Shown: positions 51,339-60,899 of the stretch, piece after piece | How the letters are laid out: each line of letters begins with the position of its first letter | Position numbering within the stretch: the first letter of the stretch is position 1 | Assembly: GCA_000091205.1 (NCBI GenBank) | Contig: AP006496.2 | Strand: one strand, 5' to 3' | Source: Cyanidioschyzon merolae | Lineage: Eukaryota | Length of the DNA stretch: 64,000 nucleotides | Notes under the pieces: model-generated | What the model was told of the DNA's origin: nothing | The model's input: the letters and a program-made list of their open reading frames with translations, nothing else | Databases searched by the model: none | Made by a program: the position numbers and the translations under genes

Positions 51339-54090
51339 CAACTGACGTGCAGACGCCTCCCCGTCTTTCTCGACCGGCCACCTACTACTGACTTCAACTT
51401 TTTTTCATATAGTTCCACTTTGAGAGGTTGTCCAACAAAATTCTAGCCTGTCAACTGTGGAGGTCTTTTCTCCATCACCGCACATCTCCGTATAATGATT
51501 GCGGCGTTAAAGTCTCGGTTCACGAAATCCATACGTTTCTTGCCATCATTCGTTGTACTTACTAATGCAAGTAGTCCACGAACTTTCGCCATCTTTTTCA
51601 TTTGCTCCTCCGTCAGCGGTCCGTACTTTTGTATATCCTCGGGGCTCCGCTGGCGCTATTCCATCTCCACAATCTGAAGTGCGCACCCCAGTTCATGGTG
51701 TGTATGGGACGTTCGGAAGTCATCTACGGGTATTGTAACAAAACGCCTTGCGCACTCCTTGTACGTTCTTGTCGTTGGAGCTGGCGTAGTCCCTTTTTGG
51801 GTCTTCAAGCGCCCCTGTCCGTACGCTACTACGAGCCTCTGACTTTCATCCTCCTTCAAGGCGCTCAACTCATTGAAAAAATTCGCGAATGCACGCTGCT
51901 TCCCACAGTACAAGTTCATTCGCAGACGAGCCCACCGGGGCTTGGTATACTCCTCCCACAGCGCATCCCAATGGACAACACGAACTTCCATGAATTTCCG
52001 GAAAGCTTCAAAGTCCGCTCCACGGATCGTCACCTCGCTCAAAGCTTCCATTTGATCCTTCATTCCTGAATTCCAATTCCCGATTTTCTTCCTTGCATTC
52101 ATGATTCCCGATTCTCGATTGTATCTCGCTCTCGAGAACCTCAAATGACGCAGGTTTTACCTACGTAAGTTTCATTCAGTGCCATCTTCCCGACGCTTGG
52201 GTACAGCGATGGTTATGATATTCGTGTTCCAGGGACTAAGGCCGAAGACAAAGTTGTTTTCGTTGGGATTATACGTCCCATGGCCCGTCTTCTTGTTTTC
52301 GTGCTTCGGCAAGTGAGATAATGAAGACGGGATAGGACGACCTGCCTTCATCCGCTGATAGTGTACACATATGTATACTCCATCGTTATCGATTGTCCCA
52401 GTGAATACCTTTTTTTGCCCGGTTTGGGACGCTTGGAATCGAAGATATTCTGCCAGTAGGTGTCCCGGTCTTCGCTGATGATCTCTTTGTTGGTTACATC
52501 GAGCTCTGGACAGATCTCCTTCATGAAGTTGTAAAGGACGATGGAGTAGATATTCACAAAATGTGACTTGAACTCGCATAACCGAACACCAATGAAGCGC
52601 AACCGTAGAAGCGATTGAATATCATCTCTCCAACTCTTCATTTTTTCCATACTCAGCTCCATTTCGGCCATGCGTCCGAAATTGGTCCAAAAACATGAAG
52701 TAGGGGAGAATAAGGGATAACATCTCTCTTCGTTTTTTCTCATATCTGACAATTCTCCTCTTGGGTTGACAAGCCCCAAGACCGAAGGATGCTTTTGAAT
52801 AGTCGCGCGGATAACAGAAGCCCTATTTTTTCTACAGCATGATGTACCCTTGTCGATGAATTCAATCTCCTGTTCATGCTGGCGATCGTTTTTCATACCA
52901 TCGATGATTGCGCATATCCCTTCACGAAACAGGCCCGGATACAGCGCAAGGACGGCGCGTACCATGAAACAATCGAGGTATACGATCTTATTTTTCCTCA
53001 CATTCGTGAGGCACCTCATTGCCCTGTATTCGTATGTATCTGCGCCACCCTTGTATTTGGCACCGTAAAAGCGCGAGTTTGCGTAATTTTTCGGAGAGCA
53101 TGGACTGTCCCATTTCTCCACGAAGTTTCCCAGGTGCCAAACATCAACTGGCTGACAAAGGTCGTGTTGAAAATTTCTCCCTCTCCAAATGCACCAGTCC
53201 CAAAAGACGCGTTACAAACATAGCTTGAGCACGAATCGCCATCGTTTCTGAAGGCCTCTCGCAACTTTTCCTTGTACGGATCCTTACCATGCCCAAGAAG
53301 ACACGATTTCATCACCATTTCATCGCTCTGTCGTCTTTCTTGCAGCATTTGACGTAGGGCCTCCCTTTTTTGCTTCTTTGCGTTATGCTATTCCTCTACA
53401 CTCGGCACAGTCCTTTGTTCTCTTCCGGCGGCCGGCAATACCGGTCATCCAAAAACCTTCTACCTCCAGTTCCATAAGTTTTCTATTTTATAAAAAACAT
53501 TATGGACGCTTCTAGTTTAAACGGCGGCAAAGCAGTAAAATACTTTAACTTGAATATTGAAACACGATTGAAGTAATACCGACACTTTGCTACCATTTGA
53601 TCGCAAACACAACTGGCCCCGATACAGCCGCAGGTCAAAAAGTAGCCATTATCGCATTTCTCTTCACCGGCGAGACAGGTTGCGTGTTGTGACGGCCACA
53701 TATCGTGGTTCGCGTACGGGCCACACAATACAAAAAAAGAACGGAGTGTGGCCGATTACTAGCAACGAGGTAACGGTTCCTTTCCACATCTGTTGCAGAC
53801 CTTGAAAAGAGGAACCTTTTGCTCATGGTCTAACGATTACCTTAGAGGTGGAGGGTCCCACAAACCGGAAGACGCTACCTGCTTTTGCTCCGCGTGACTC
53901 TTAGTGGTGGAGAATGTGACGCACCTGAGTATCTCGTCCGAATCGCGTATGGTTCTGGGACTAGGAGCGGGTGTGCTGCATTTGGGCGTCACCTTGGTCG
54001 CGGTGGACTCCTAGTATACCGCTTCGCGCAACCGCAGGCTGATGGTCTGCATGTACAGCTTGGGGGCTCCCAGAAATATAAATAGCCCTG
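51339..54090 (-). mobile_element. copy 3 of the repeat family (putative Fanzor/TnpB-like element), decayed
   Basis: Its termini and ORF are homologous to copies 1 and 2. The 5' box is tgaaacacgattga at 53551-53564. The flank 53600-54090 matches 46900-47400. Confidence 0.6.
51656..53477 (-). pseudogene. decayed ORF of repeat copy 3 (pieces 53016..53348, 52348..53121, 52172..52579, 51656..52144). The RuvC-I-like box is mutated (LSPWNTN)
   Basis: The N-terminus MELEVEGFW...RRKRTKD...* carries a stop. [26 protein letters not shown] is the RuvC-I-like box. The C-terminal piece is TTRTYKECARRFVTIPVDDFRTSHTHHELGC. Confidence 0.5.
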
Positions 54091-54827
54091 ATTCCGTTTT
54101 GCGTGAACCAAGCCTCTTCTGACGCGCTCAGTGGTATACCAAGGCTGTTCTGTTTCCGTAGCGCATCCGCACCAGCGCCTTAATCGCGACGGTGGGTGCA
54201 TACGACTGGCACTCGACGCACGAGAGAACGTATGAAACGGCCAGTGCATTCGAGAACTGGTAAAAGCGATGGAACGTACAGATATTGCTCAGCATGATGG
54301 ACGCTTTCCCGAAAGGCAATATCGATCCGGCAAGCTGGGATACATGGTCAGTGGAAATGTTCTGTCGAACTAAAGAAAGCATATCGCGGGAGGGAATTCC
54401 TTAATGGCTCTGGTGTTCGAAGCATCGCCTTGGCAGTGCGTATGCGCTGATATCATCCTGCCGGAGGGAATTCCCTTATACTTCCGCTGGGCCGAGCCCT
54501 TGCGTTCAGCGGCGAAGTTTATCCACGATCGTCGTGATCTCCGAGCGGAACGTTGCGCAGCGCTTAGCGCGAAGTACTTGCGAGGTTACTGGTCGGAAAA
54601 CTGGGAGCTTTACCTAGTTTCTGAAAAGGACATAGACCACTTGTGCTAGTTCCACTCAAAGCTTGAAATTCTACAGGAGGCTTAGGTAAGAATCTGTGCA
54701 ATTGACGGACGATCACTCGTGCAGCTACACAACAGAGGTTTTTGACTGGATACGCACGCTTACGCGAACCTTCCTAGGTGGTGACGCACTCGGCAGCTTT
54801 GCACCGGAGAAAACCTAATCCAAGAAA

Positions 54828-56039
54828 ATGCAAGCCCTTTTCGTTTCTGTCCCGTTGTACCAGGAAAGATACATTGTTCGCGCGCGCGCTGCAACTCGAG
54901 CACCGTTCCCGCTGCGTACGCCTCGTAACGGGTGCTTCGCAGCTGGACATTGTCACCACTGCCAGCATCCGCTTCCTTTGGTGGTGCAGCGTTTGCCTGT
55001 AGCGCGCCGGCACCACGCGCTGCATCTTCGTATGGGCCCGAAACAGTCGCAGATCGCTGTGATCACTGGCGCGTCCTCTGGGGTCGGTCTGTATGCAGCT
55101 CGCGCTCTGGTCAACAAGGGCAACTGGCACATCGTCATGGCATGTCGTGACATTGATCGGGCGGAGCGCGCAGCAGACAGCGTGAACCTCCCAAAGGACG
55201 CCTATACAGTGCTGCATTGTGATCTGGCTGATTTCGCCTCTGTACTAAAGTTTGTGAGAGAGCTGTCAAGTGTGGCGCGCGTCGATCACCTGGATGCCCT
55301 GATCTGCAATGCCGCAATCTGGCATCCGCGGGACAAGAAACCGCGTTTCACGGTGGACGGCATCGAGGAAACCATGCAGGTATGCCATCTGAGCCATTTG
55401 CTTCTATGTCGGGAGCTGTTGCCGAAGCTGAAAATATCGCGCGGGCGCATTGTGTTTCTGACGACTCAGACACACTCGCCGAATTCGTTGCCGGGAAAGA
55501 TCCCCCCGCAGGCTCGTCTCGGTGATTTGTCTGGTCTAGCCGCGGGGCTTGGTCCGCAGACGACGGGCATGGTGGACAGTGGCCCGTTTGAGCCCACAAA
55601 AGCCTACAAAGACGCCAAAGCCGCGAACGTGTTGACAATGAAGGCGCTCAGTGATCGATACGGCCGCGACGGGGTGACCTCTGTGGCAATCTTCCCGGGA
55701 TGTGTCGCCGACAGCAACCTCTTCCGCGAAAAGCGTGGCTGGTTCCGGCACGTATTCTTCCCGATTCTTCAGAAGTATATCACTCGGCAATACGTTCCGA
55801 ATGATGAGGCCGGCCGCCGCGTAGCCGAAGTGGCGACCCAGGGACAGTTCTCTGACTCGGGCTCGTATTATCAGTGGCGTGGCAAATATACTGAAGGTCG
55901 AGAGAAGACGAAACCGCAGGTTATTGAACCAACTTACGAAATCGACAAGGCAGATCAGCTTTACGAACTGAGTCTTGATCTGATCGACCAGGCGTTACGG
56001 AGGCGAGGCCTCAAGTCGACTATCTTGGCCCCTGTCTAA
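54828..56039 (+). CDS. POR: light-dependent NADPH:protochlorophyllide oxidoreductase (SDR family), with an N-terminal plastid transit peptide
   Basis: AVITGASSGVGLYAARALVNKGNWHIVMACRDIDRAERAA matches POR [37 protein letters not shown]. The catalytic YKDAKAANVLTM matches YKDSKVCNMLTM. The region between those two blocks, CNAA.......P.FT.DG.E....NHLGHFLL...LL..L, aligns with POR. The POR-specific loop and the C-terminal YW.W block are both present. Confidence 0.9.
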   Translation: MQALFVSVPLYQERYIVRARAATRAPFPLRTPRNGCFAAGHCHHCQHPLPLVVQRLPVARRHHALHLRMGPKQSQIAVITGASSGVGLYAARALVNKGNWHIVMACRDIDRAERAADSVNLPKDAYTVLHCDLADFASVLKFVRELSSVARVDHLDALICNAAIWHPRDKKPRFTVDGIEETMQVCHLSHLLLCRELLPKLKISRGRIVFLTTQTHSPNSLPGKIPPQARLGDLSGLAAGLGPQTTGMVDSGPFEPTKAYKDAKAANVLTMKALSDRYGRDGVTSVAIFPGCVADSNLFREKRGWFRHVFFPILQKYITRQYVPNDEAGRRVAEVATQGQFSDSGSYYQWRGKYTEGREKTKPQVIEPTYEIDKADQLYELSLDLIDQALRRRGLKSTILAPV

Positions 56040-56376
56040 GGTTTGTTAGTGATGAAAATGAGATGCGGCTTCGGAGCGCAGACCGCTGCTTCAAGAACAG
56101 ATGTAAGAGCAACAGCGTAACGATGAGACGACACCCCACTGTCACAATCGGATAGCGGACGGATGGGTGGGCACTCCTCCTGATGTGGAGAACCAAAATT
56201 GCTTCGCAAGTCATAAAGCGTACTGCAGTAGTGATTAATATAGCTATAGCTATGACCTACTTCGCATCGAATGCGCCAGAGACTGCCAACTGCGGTCGTT
56301 CAAGAGGGCAGAGCGCGTTTATTTGGGTAATTTTGTGCGGTGAAGAATACGGCAATAGAAGCGCACTTGCAGACTT

Positions 56377-57802
56377 TTGAACGCTCTGTGGGTATTCGAT
56401 ATCAAACTGGGTCAACGGGCATGGATTAATGGAAGCTCGGTAGTGAATACTCTAGCAGTATATGGGGCATTGAGCGAGTCAGGCCCGAATAGTGTACCAA
56501 GTACTCGCTATGGATCAGCTTTCTGGGACACTAGTAGGACTGATCCGATCGTATTTGTTGGAAATGGATACATAAACACGAGCGGCAGTGACTTTCTCAA
56601 TGATGTCTTTGCATTAAAGAAAACATTCCCTACTCCAACACCGAAACCTACGCGGACACCCACCCCATTGCTCCAATGAGCTCTGCGGATCTCCAGGACA
56701 GTGCATCAACCAGGACGCATGCGAGCAAGTCGGGTGCTGCTTTAACTCCCAGACAAACGCGTGCATCCTGAAGAGCGTCTCAGCGGCGTGCAGCGCTGTT
56801 GAAGTGACGCAACGCGTCCCCTGCGGCTGGAACTATATCTACCCCGACGAGTGCACTGCGATACCGGGATGCTGCTGGCAGCCAACGGCAAACGGCATCC
56901 TGGCACCCTGGTGCTACTACGACATCAACCATGCACCGCAGGCTTCCGTAGCGCTGCAGGAGATGCAGGCACCGGTTCCCGTCTGCGCATCACCGGGAGC
57001 GCAGCGCCAGCCATGCGGCGACGTGGGTATCAACCAGTTTACCTACTATGCCCAGGGCTCCTGCTACGACTCGCAGGCGCAGAACCAGTGGGTGCAGAAC
57101 GGCAAGCAGCAGAGCGACTTTGCGTCGAACCCGTACTGCTTCCAGCCTGAGAAGACGTGCGCGGTGGGCGAGTTTGAGCGCCAGCCGTGAAATAACGTGG
57201 TGAATCAGAACCAGCAGCGGAGCAACAATAACATCAACAGTAGCCAGTTTGTGCGTCTGCTGAACACGGTCCTTTACGGAGAGCAGCACGGGACGCAGCG
57301 CACGAGCTACGCGTCGCAGCAGTGTCTGGAGGCTGGTTGCTGCCTGGGGATCGGCAACGAGTGCTTCCAGCCGGTTACTGAGTATGTTTGCCAGACCTAT
57401 GGGTATGCGTCGAACTCGCTGAGCGGCACGACCGGCAAAGTGTCGAACTCGACGTATATTCCATGCGGCTCCGAGTGCTGCAACGCCGAGACGCAGAACT
57501 GCACGTAAAACCCGTTCAGTAACAACAATAACCAGCAACTGCAGCAACAGCAGGTGCTGTTGCCGTCATTCTGTGTGTGCAAGGACCCTACAGTTCAGTC
57601 CGGGACGTACCTGATCGCTTCGGATAACCTTGTGCACAAGGTGCGTTGCTGCCGCTCTGGCGAGGAGTGCATCAACAACAAGTGTATGATGATTAGTCCT
57701 ACGCCGTCTCCGAGTGCCGTTATTGCGACTGCAACTGCGTCTGCAAGTGCGTTGGTATTGGTGTCGACCTCGACGCGTGCCTCAGCAAGTACTTCAGTAT
57801 GA
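56377..57802 (+). pseudogene. decayed or truncated paralog of the downstream Kelch gene. It comprises a last Kelch blade plus a Thr/Pro linker (56377-56679), then, after a frame change, a single frame 56618-57802 encoding trefoil(P)-like Cys-rich modules separated by N/Q-rich linkers and interrupted by in-frame TGA (57188) and TAA (57506)
   Basis: SAFWDTSRTDPIVFVGNGYINTSGSDFLNDVFALKKTFPTPTPKPTRTPTP parallels AVLWNTDQNDPVLFGGQGSSGSYNDLFTLYIATSTPMPTATPTPT at 59700-59870. The frame 56618.. encodes LCGSPGQCINQDACEQVGCCFNSQTNAC... and VPCGWNYIYPDECTAIPGCCWQPTANGILAPWCYY (pattern C-x9-C-x5-CC-x12-C). ORFs 56804..57190, 57197..57508 and 57554..57802 are all in the same frame. Confidence 0.5.
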
Positions 57803-58429
57803 ACCACTGCGTAGACGGCAGCTATCTGTACGGCCCCGCGCGCGCGAACCCAGAACTAAATATATGTTTCAGTTATTGATATACTCATTCCATGAGGAAC
57901 GTGGGTGTACAATATAGTTCGCACGTGCATGCAAGCAACCTTTCAGTCCGGGTTGGGGGCCCATAATTTAATGTTGAGGGTATCTGGACACCAAACATAC
58001 CCCTAGACGGGATGTCAACAAATATGCAGATGGCCTGCAGAAAGAGGGAGTTTTTCGTACTGCGTCATAGCGGGTCGGGTCCGAATGTGCGACGGGCATG
58101 CCATTAGCCTTTTTGGATGTTTGGACTCTGCATGGGTATCTGAAATACGACTGCGGCGTAGACTGCTACTTTGTATTGCCATTACGAGAGCGCCTTCATG
58201 AAACTCGGTAGAAGACGCTGCAAAATATCTTTGTCCGTTTATTATAGAAATGTCCTGTTGTGGGAGCGCCGTGCGCAGATCTGCGTCATTCAGACGGCGG
58301 TGCTTGACCCGCTCCCGTACTGCTTACCTCAGAATACTTCGTGGAGGCTCGTAGGGGTACGGACGGAGACAACAGTGACAACAGTACCAGCAGCTGGAGG
58401 CTCCCCTATCCCAATAGATAGTAAGCAAC

Positions 58430-60676
58430 TTGTTTCTCTGGGAGGCGTTTACTTTTCACTGGTGCAGAACCCCTTTCTTATCCTATATGCGAAAAAGGTA
58501 TTTTTCTATTGTGAGACTCCTGGTTATAGTATTGGTTGTGTCGGGAACACACACAGTTCGTGGAGTTTTGTCCGCAGAGAATACTGTATTATGGACCTGG
58601 ATCGGTGGTAGTAGCTCTAACGGCAGTTCAGGTAGCTACGGTGTTCAGGGTGTGCCGAACACCAGCAACGTGCCTCCGGCGCGGTTCGGTGCGGCCTTCT
58701 GGAACGGCGCTGACGGGGTGCTCTGGTTGTTTGGAGGTGGCAGCGACTTGAGAGACGTCTTCGGTGATCTCTGGAACTACAATCTAAGCACGTTCTCTTG
58801 GACCTGGGTTGGAGGCTCTTCATCCCTCAACTCTGGAGGGGTATACGGCTCCCTCGGAGTTCCCAACAAGAGCAACTATCCGCCTTCGAGGACGGAATCC
58901 GCTGCTTGGAGTGACAGCAACGGAAACCTTTGGTTATATGGAGGCTGGAATTTGAACTTGGGCTATAGTGATATGTGGATGTATAATGTATCGTCGGGCG
59001 AATGGACATGGGTGCAGGGATCCAACGAGACCAATGTTCCCCCGACATATGGTCCTCTTGGGAAGTCGTCTTCAAGCAACACGCCTGGCGGTCGTTACCA
59101 ACCCGCGACCTGGGTTGGCCTAGATGGCCAGTTTTATCTCTTTGGTGGATTTTATCCTTTTGGTCATTTTTACGGTGACCTGTGGCAGTACAACACAGTG
59201 ACCAACGAATGGAGCTGGATAGGTGGCACTCAACAGCAGACTCCCTCTGGAAGCTATGGTACGTTTCGCCAGGCATCGCCGAACAATTATCCCGCTGGAC
59301 GTGCCGGAGCCACATCGTGGCGAGACCTTGATGGGAACTTTTGGCTCTTTGGAGGTTTCGGACAGATTGTCGGATCTAGCAATCTTCTCAATGATTTATG
59401 GCTGTACAATGTCAGCTCCAAAGAATGGACTTGGATGTCTGGAAATGACAGTGTTGGTTCGAATGGGTCGGTATACGGCGAGAAAGGAGTGCCGTCATCG
59501 AGCAACACTCCGGGGTACAGATCCGGTTCCTCTGGATTTGTAGACTCGTCAAACACTCTGTATCTCTTCGGTGGTAGTTCACCCGGTGTCTGCAACGACC
59601 TGTGGACGTTCAATATTACGAGTCTTGAATGGACTTGGGTAGACGGTGACGATACAACGAATGGAGCCTATAGCTACGGCGAGGTTAACAAGACAAGCAA
59701 TACAACGCTTCCACCTCCGCGATACGGTGCAGTTCTTTGGAATACCGATCAAAACGACCCGGTCCTATTCGGAGGCCAAGGCAGCTCCGGTAGCTATAAC
59801 GACCTCTTCACATTATACATCGCAACATCGACGCCTATGCCGACCGCAACACCGACTCCGACGGCATCACCGACGCCCTCCGTTACTGCATCACCGTCGG
59901 CAACAACGAATGTGACGCAGACCGCTGTAGGCGAAGGTTCTGCGGTCTGCTTCCCCGCGGATGCCTCGGTGCTGATCGATGGTCTGGGCAACAGTCTGCT
60001 TATAAGCGAGCTTCGATCAGGTATGGCCGTGATCGGCGTCAATGGGCGTGGGCAACTGGTCGAAGACAGTGTACTAGGATGGTTGCATAACGAGCCCGGC
60101 GCTACTGCAGAGATTCTTGCGATCAAGACGCTTTCCGGAAAGCAGCTGCGTCTGACGAGACAGCATCTGGTATATCGAGTGATCGAACACTCTAGAGACT
60201 TTGATAGTATGACGACCGCTTTCTCGTGTATTTCACAGAAGCAGCAGCAGCAGCATCAGAAGCACGTAGGTCAGAGCCTTGAGCTGGGTACCTCCGCCGT
60301 TGTGGCAGTTTTCGCGGAAGATATCCGCGTTGGCGACGCTCTGCTGGACGTTGCTGCGCAGCTGCCGGACCCCGTTGTGGCAATCGAGACTTTAGTAACG
60401 CACAATGGTCTCTATGCGCCGTTGACTCGCTCAGGGCGCCTTGCGGTCGACGGTGTTCTCGTGAGCTGCTACGGGACGTACGCATCGCATGCCGTGGCAC
60501 ATGCAGTGTTGTGGCCTGCGCGGGTCGATGCTCTGCGCAAGGTATGGGGATCAGGGCTCGGCACAGAGGGTATTGTGGGTATCATGCCGTATGCAGAAAG
60601 GCTCTATCACATTTGGACGAGTGCAGCACGTGTTTTAACGGAGGCTCGCGTAAGTGTTGTAGTTGCAGCCTGCTGA
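58430..60676 (+). CDS. secreted Kelch-repeat beta-propeller protein with a C-terminal Hedgehog/intein-type Hint (Hog) autoprocessing domain. The likely start is Met-20 at 58487, with a signal peptide
   Basis: Six Kelch-like blades repeat the pattern YG..G.P..SN.P..R...A.W.D..GNLWLFGG......NDLW.YN....EWTW. A TPMPTATPTPTASPTPS linker follows. The Hint N-terminus EGSAVCFPADASVLIDGLG matches Hedgehog GCFPG.S.V. The C-terminal LAVDGVLVSCYGTYASHAVAHAVLWPAR is Hog-like. Confidence 0.8.
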   Translation: MFLWEAFTFHWCRTPFLSYMRKRYFSIVRLLVIVLVVSGTHTVRGVLSAENTVLWTWIGGSSSNGSSGSYGVQGVPNTSNVPPARFGAAFWNGADGVLWLFGGGSDLRDVFGDLWNYNLSTFSWTWVGGSSSLNSGGVYGSLGVPNKSNYPPSRTESAAWSDSNGNLWLYGGWNLNLGYSDMWMYNVSSGEWTWVQGSNETNVPPTYGPLGKSSSSNTPGGRYQPATWVGLDGQFYLFGGFYPFGHFYGDLWQYNTVTNEWSWIGGTQQQTPSGSYGTFRQASPNNYPAGRAGATSWRDLDGNFWLFGGFGQIVGSSNLLNDLWLYNVSSKEWTWMSGNDSVGSNGSVYGEKGVPSSSNTPGYRSGSSGFVDSSNTLYLFGGSSPGVCNDLWTFNITSLEWTWVDGDDTTNGAYSYGEVNKTSNTTLPPPRYGAVLWNTDQNDPVLFGGQGSSGSYNDLFTLYIATSTPMPTATPTPTASPTPSVTASPSATTNVTQTAVGEGSAVCFPADASVLIDGLGNSLLISELRSGMAVIGVNGRGQLVEDSVLGWLHNEPGATAEILAIKTLSGKQLRLTRQHLVYRVIEHSRDFDSMTTAFSCISQKQQQQHQKHVGQSLELGTSAVVAVFAEDIRVGDALLDVAAQLPDPVVAIETLVTHNGLYAPLTRSGRLAVDGVLVSCYGTYASHAVAHAVLWPARVDALRKVWGSGLGTEGIVGIMPYAERLYHIWTSAARVLTEARVSVVVAAC

Positions 60677-60899
60677 GCTGGCAATCTGCCCTGCAGGACA
60701 GGGGCGAACAGTACCGATGGTACCACTCTAGGTGCTGCTTTTTCTGCCATAGGATAGTGTTTGAGCAATGATGGTAAAACGCGCTCTATCGCGAAAAAGC
60801 ATCCCGCAGCATATTGCCAGGCATTTTTGATATGTGATGGTACCAGATCCACTTATATAAACGAGCGGAGTTGCAAAGAAGTATTCGTGTGTGTGTGTA

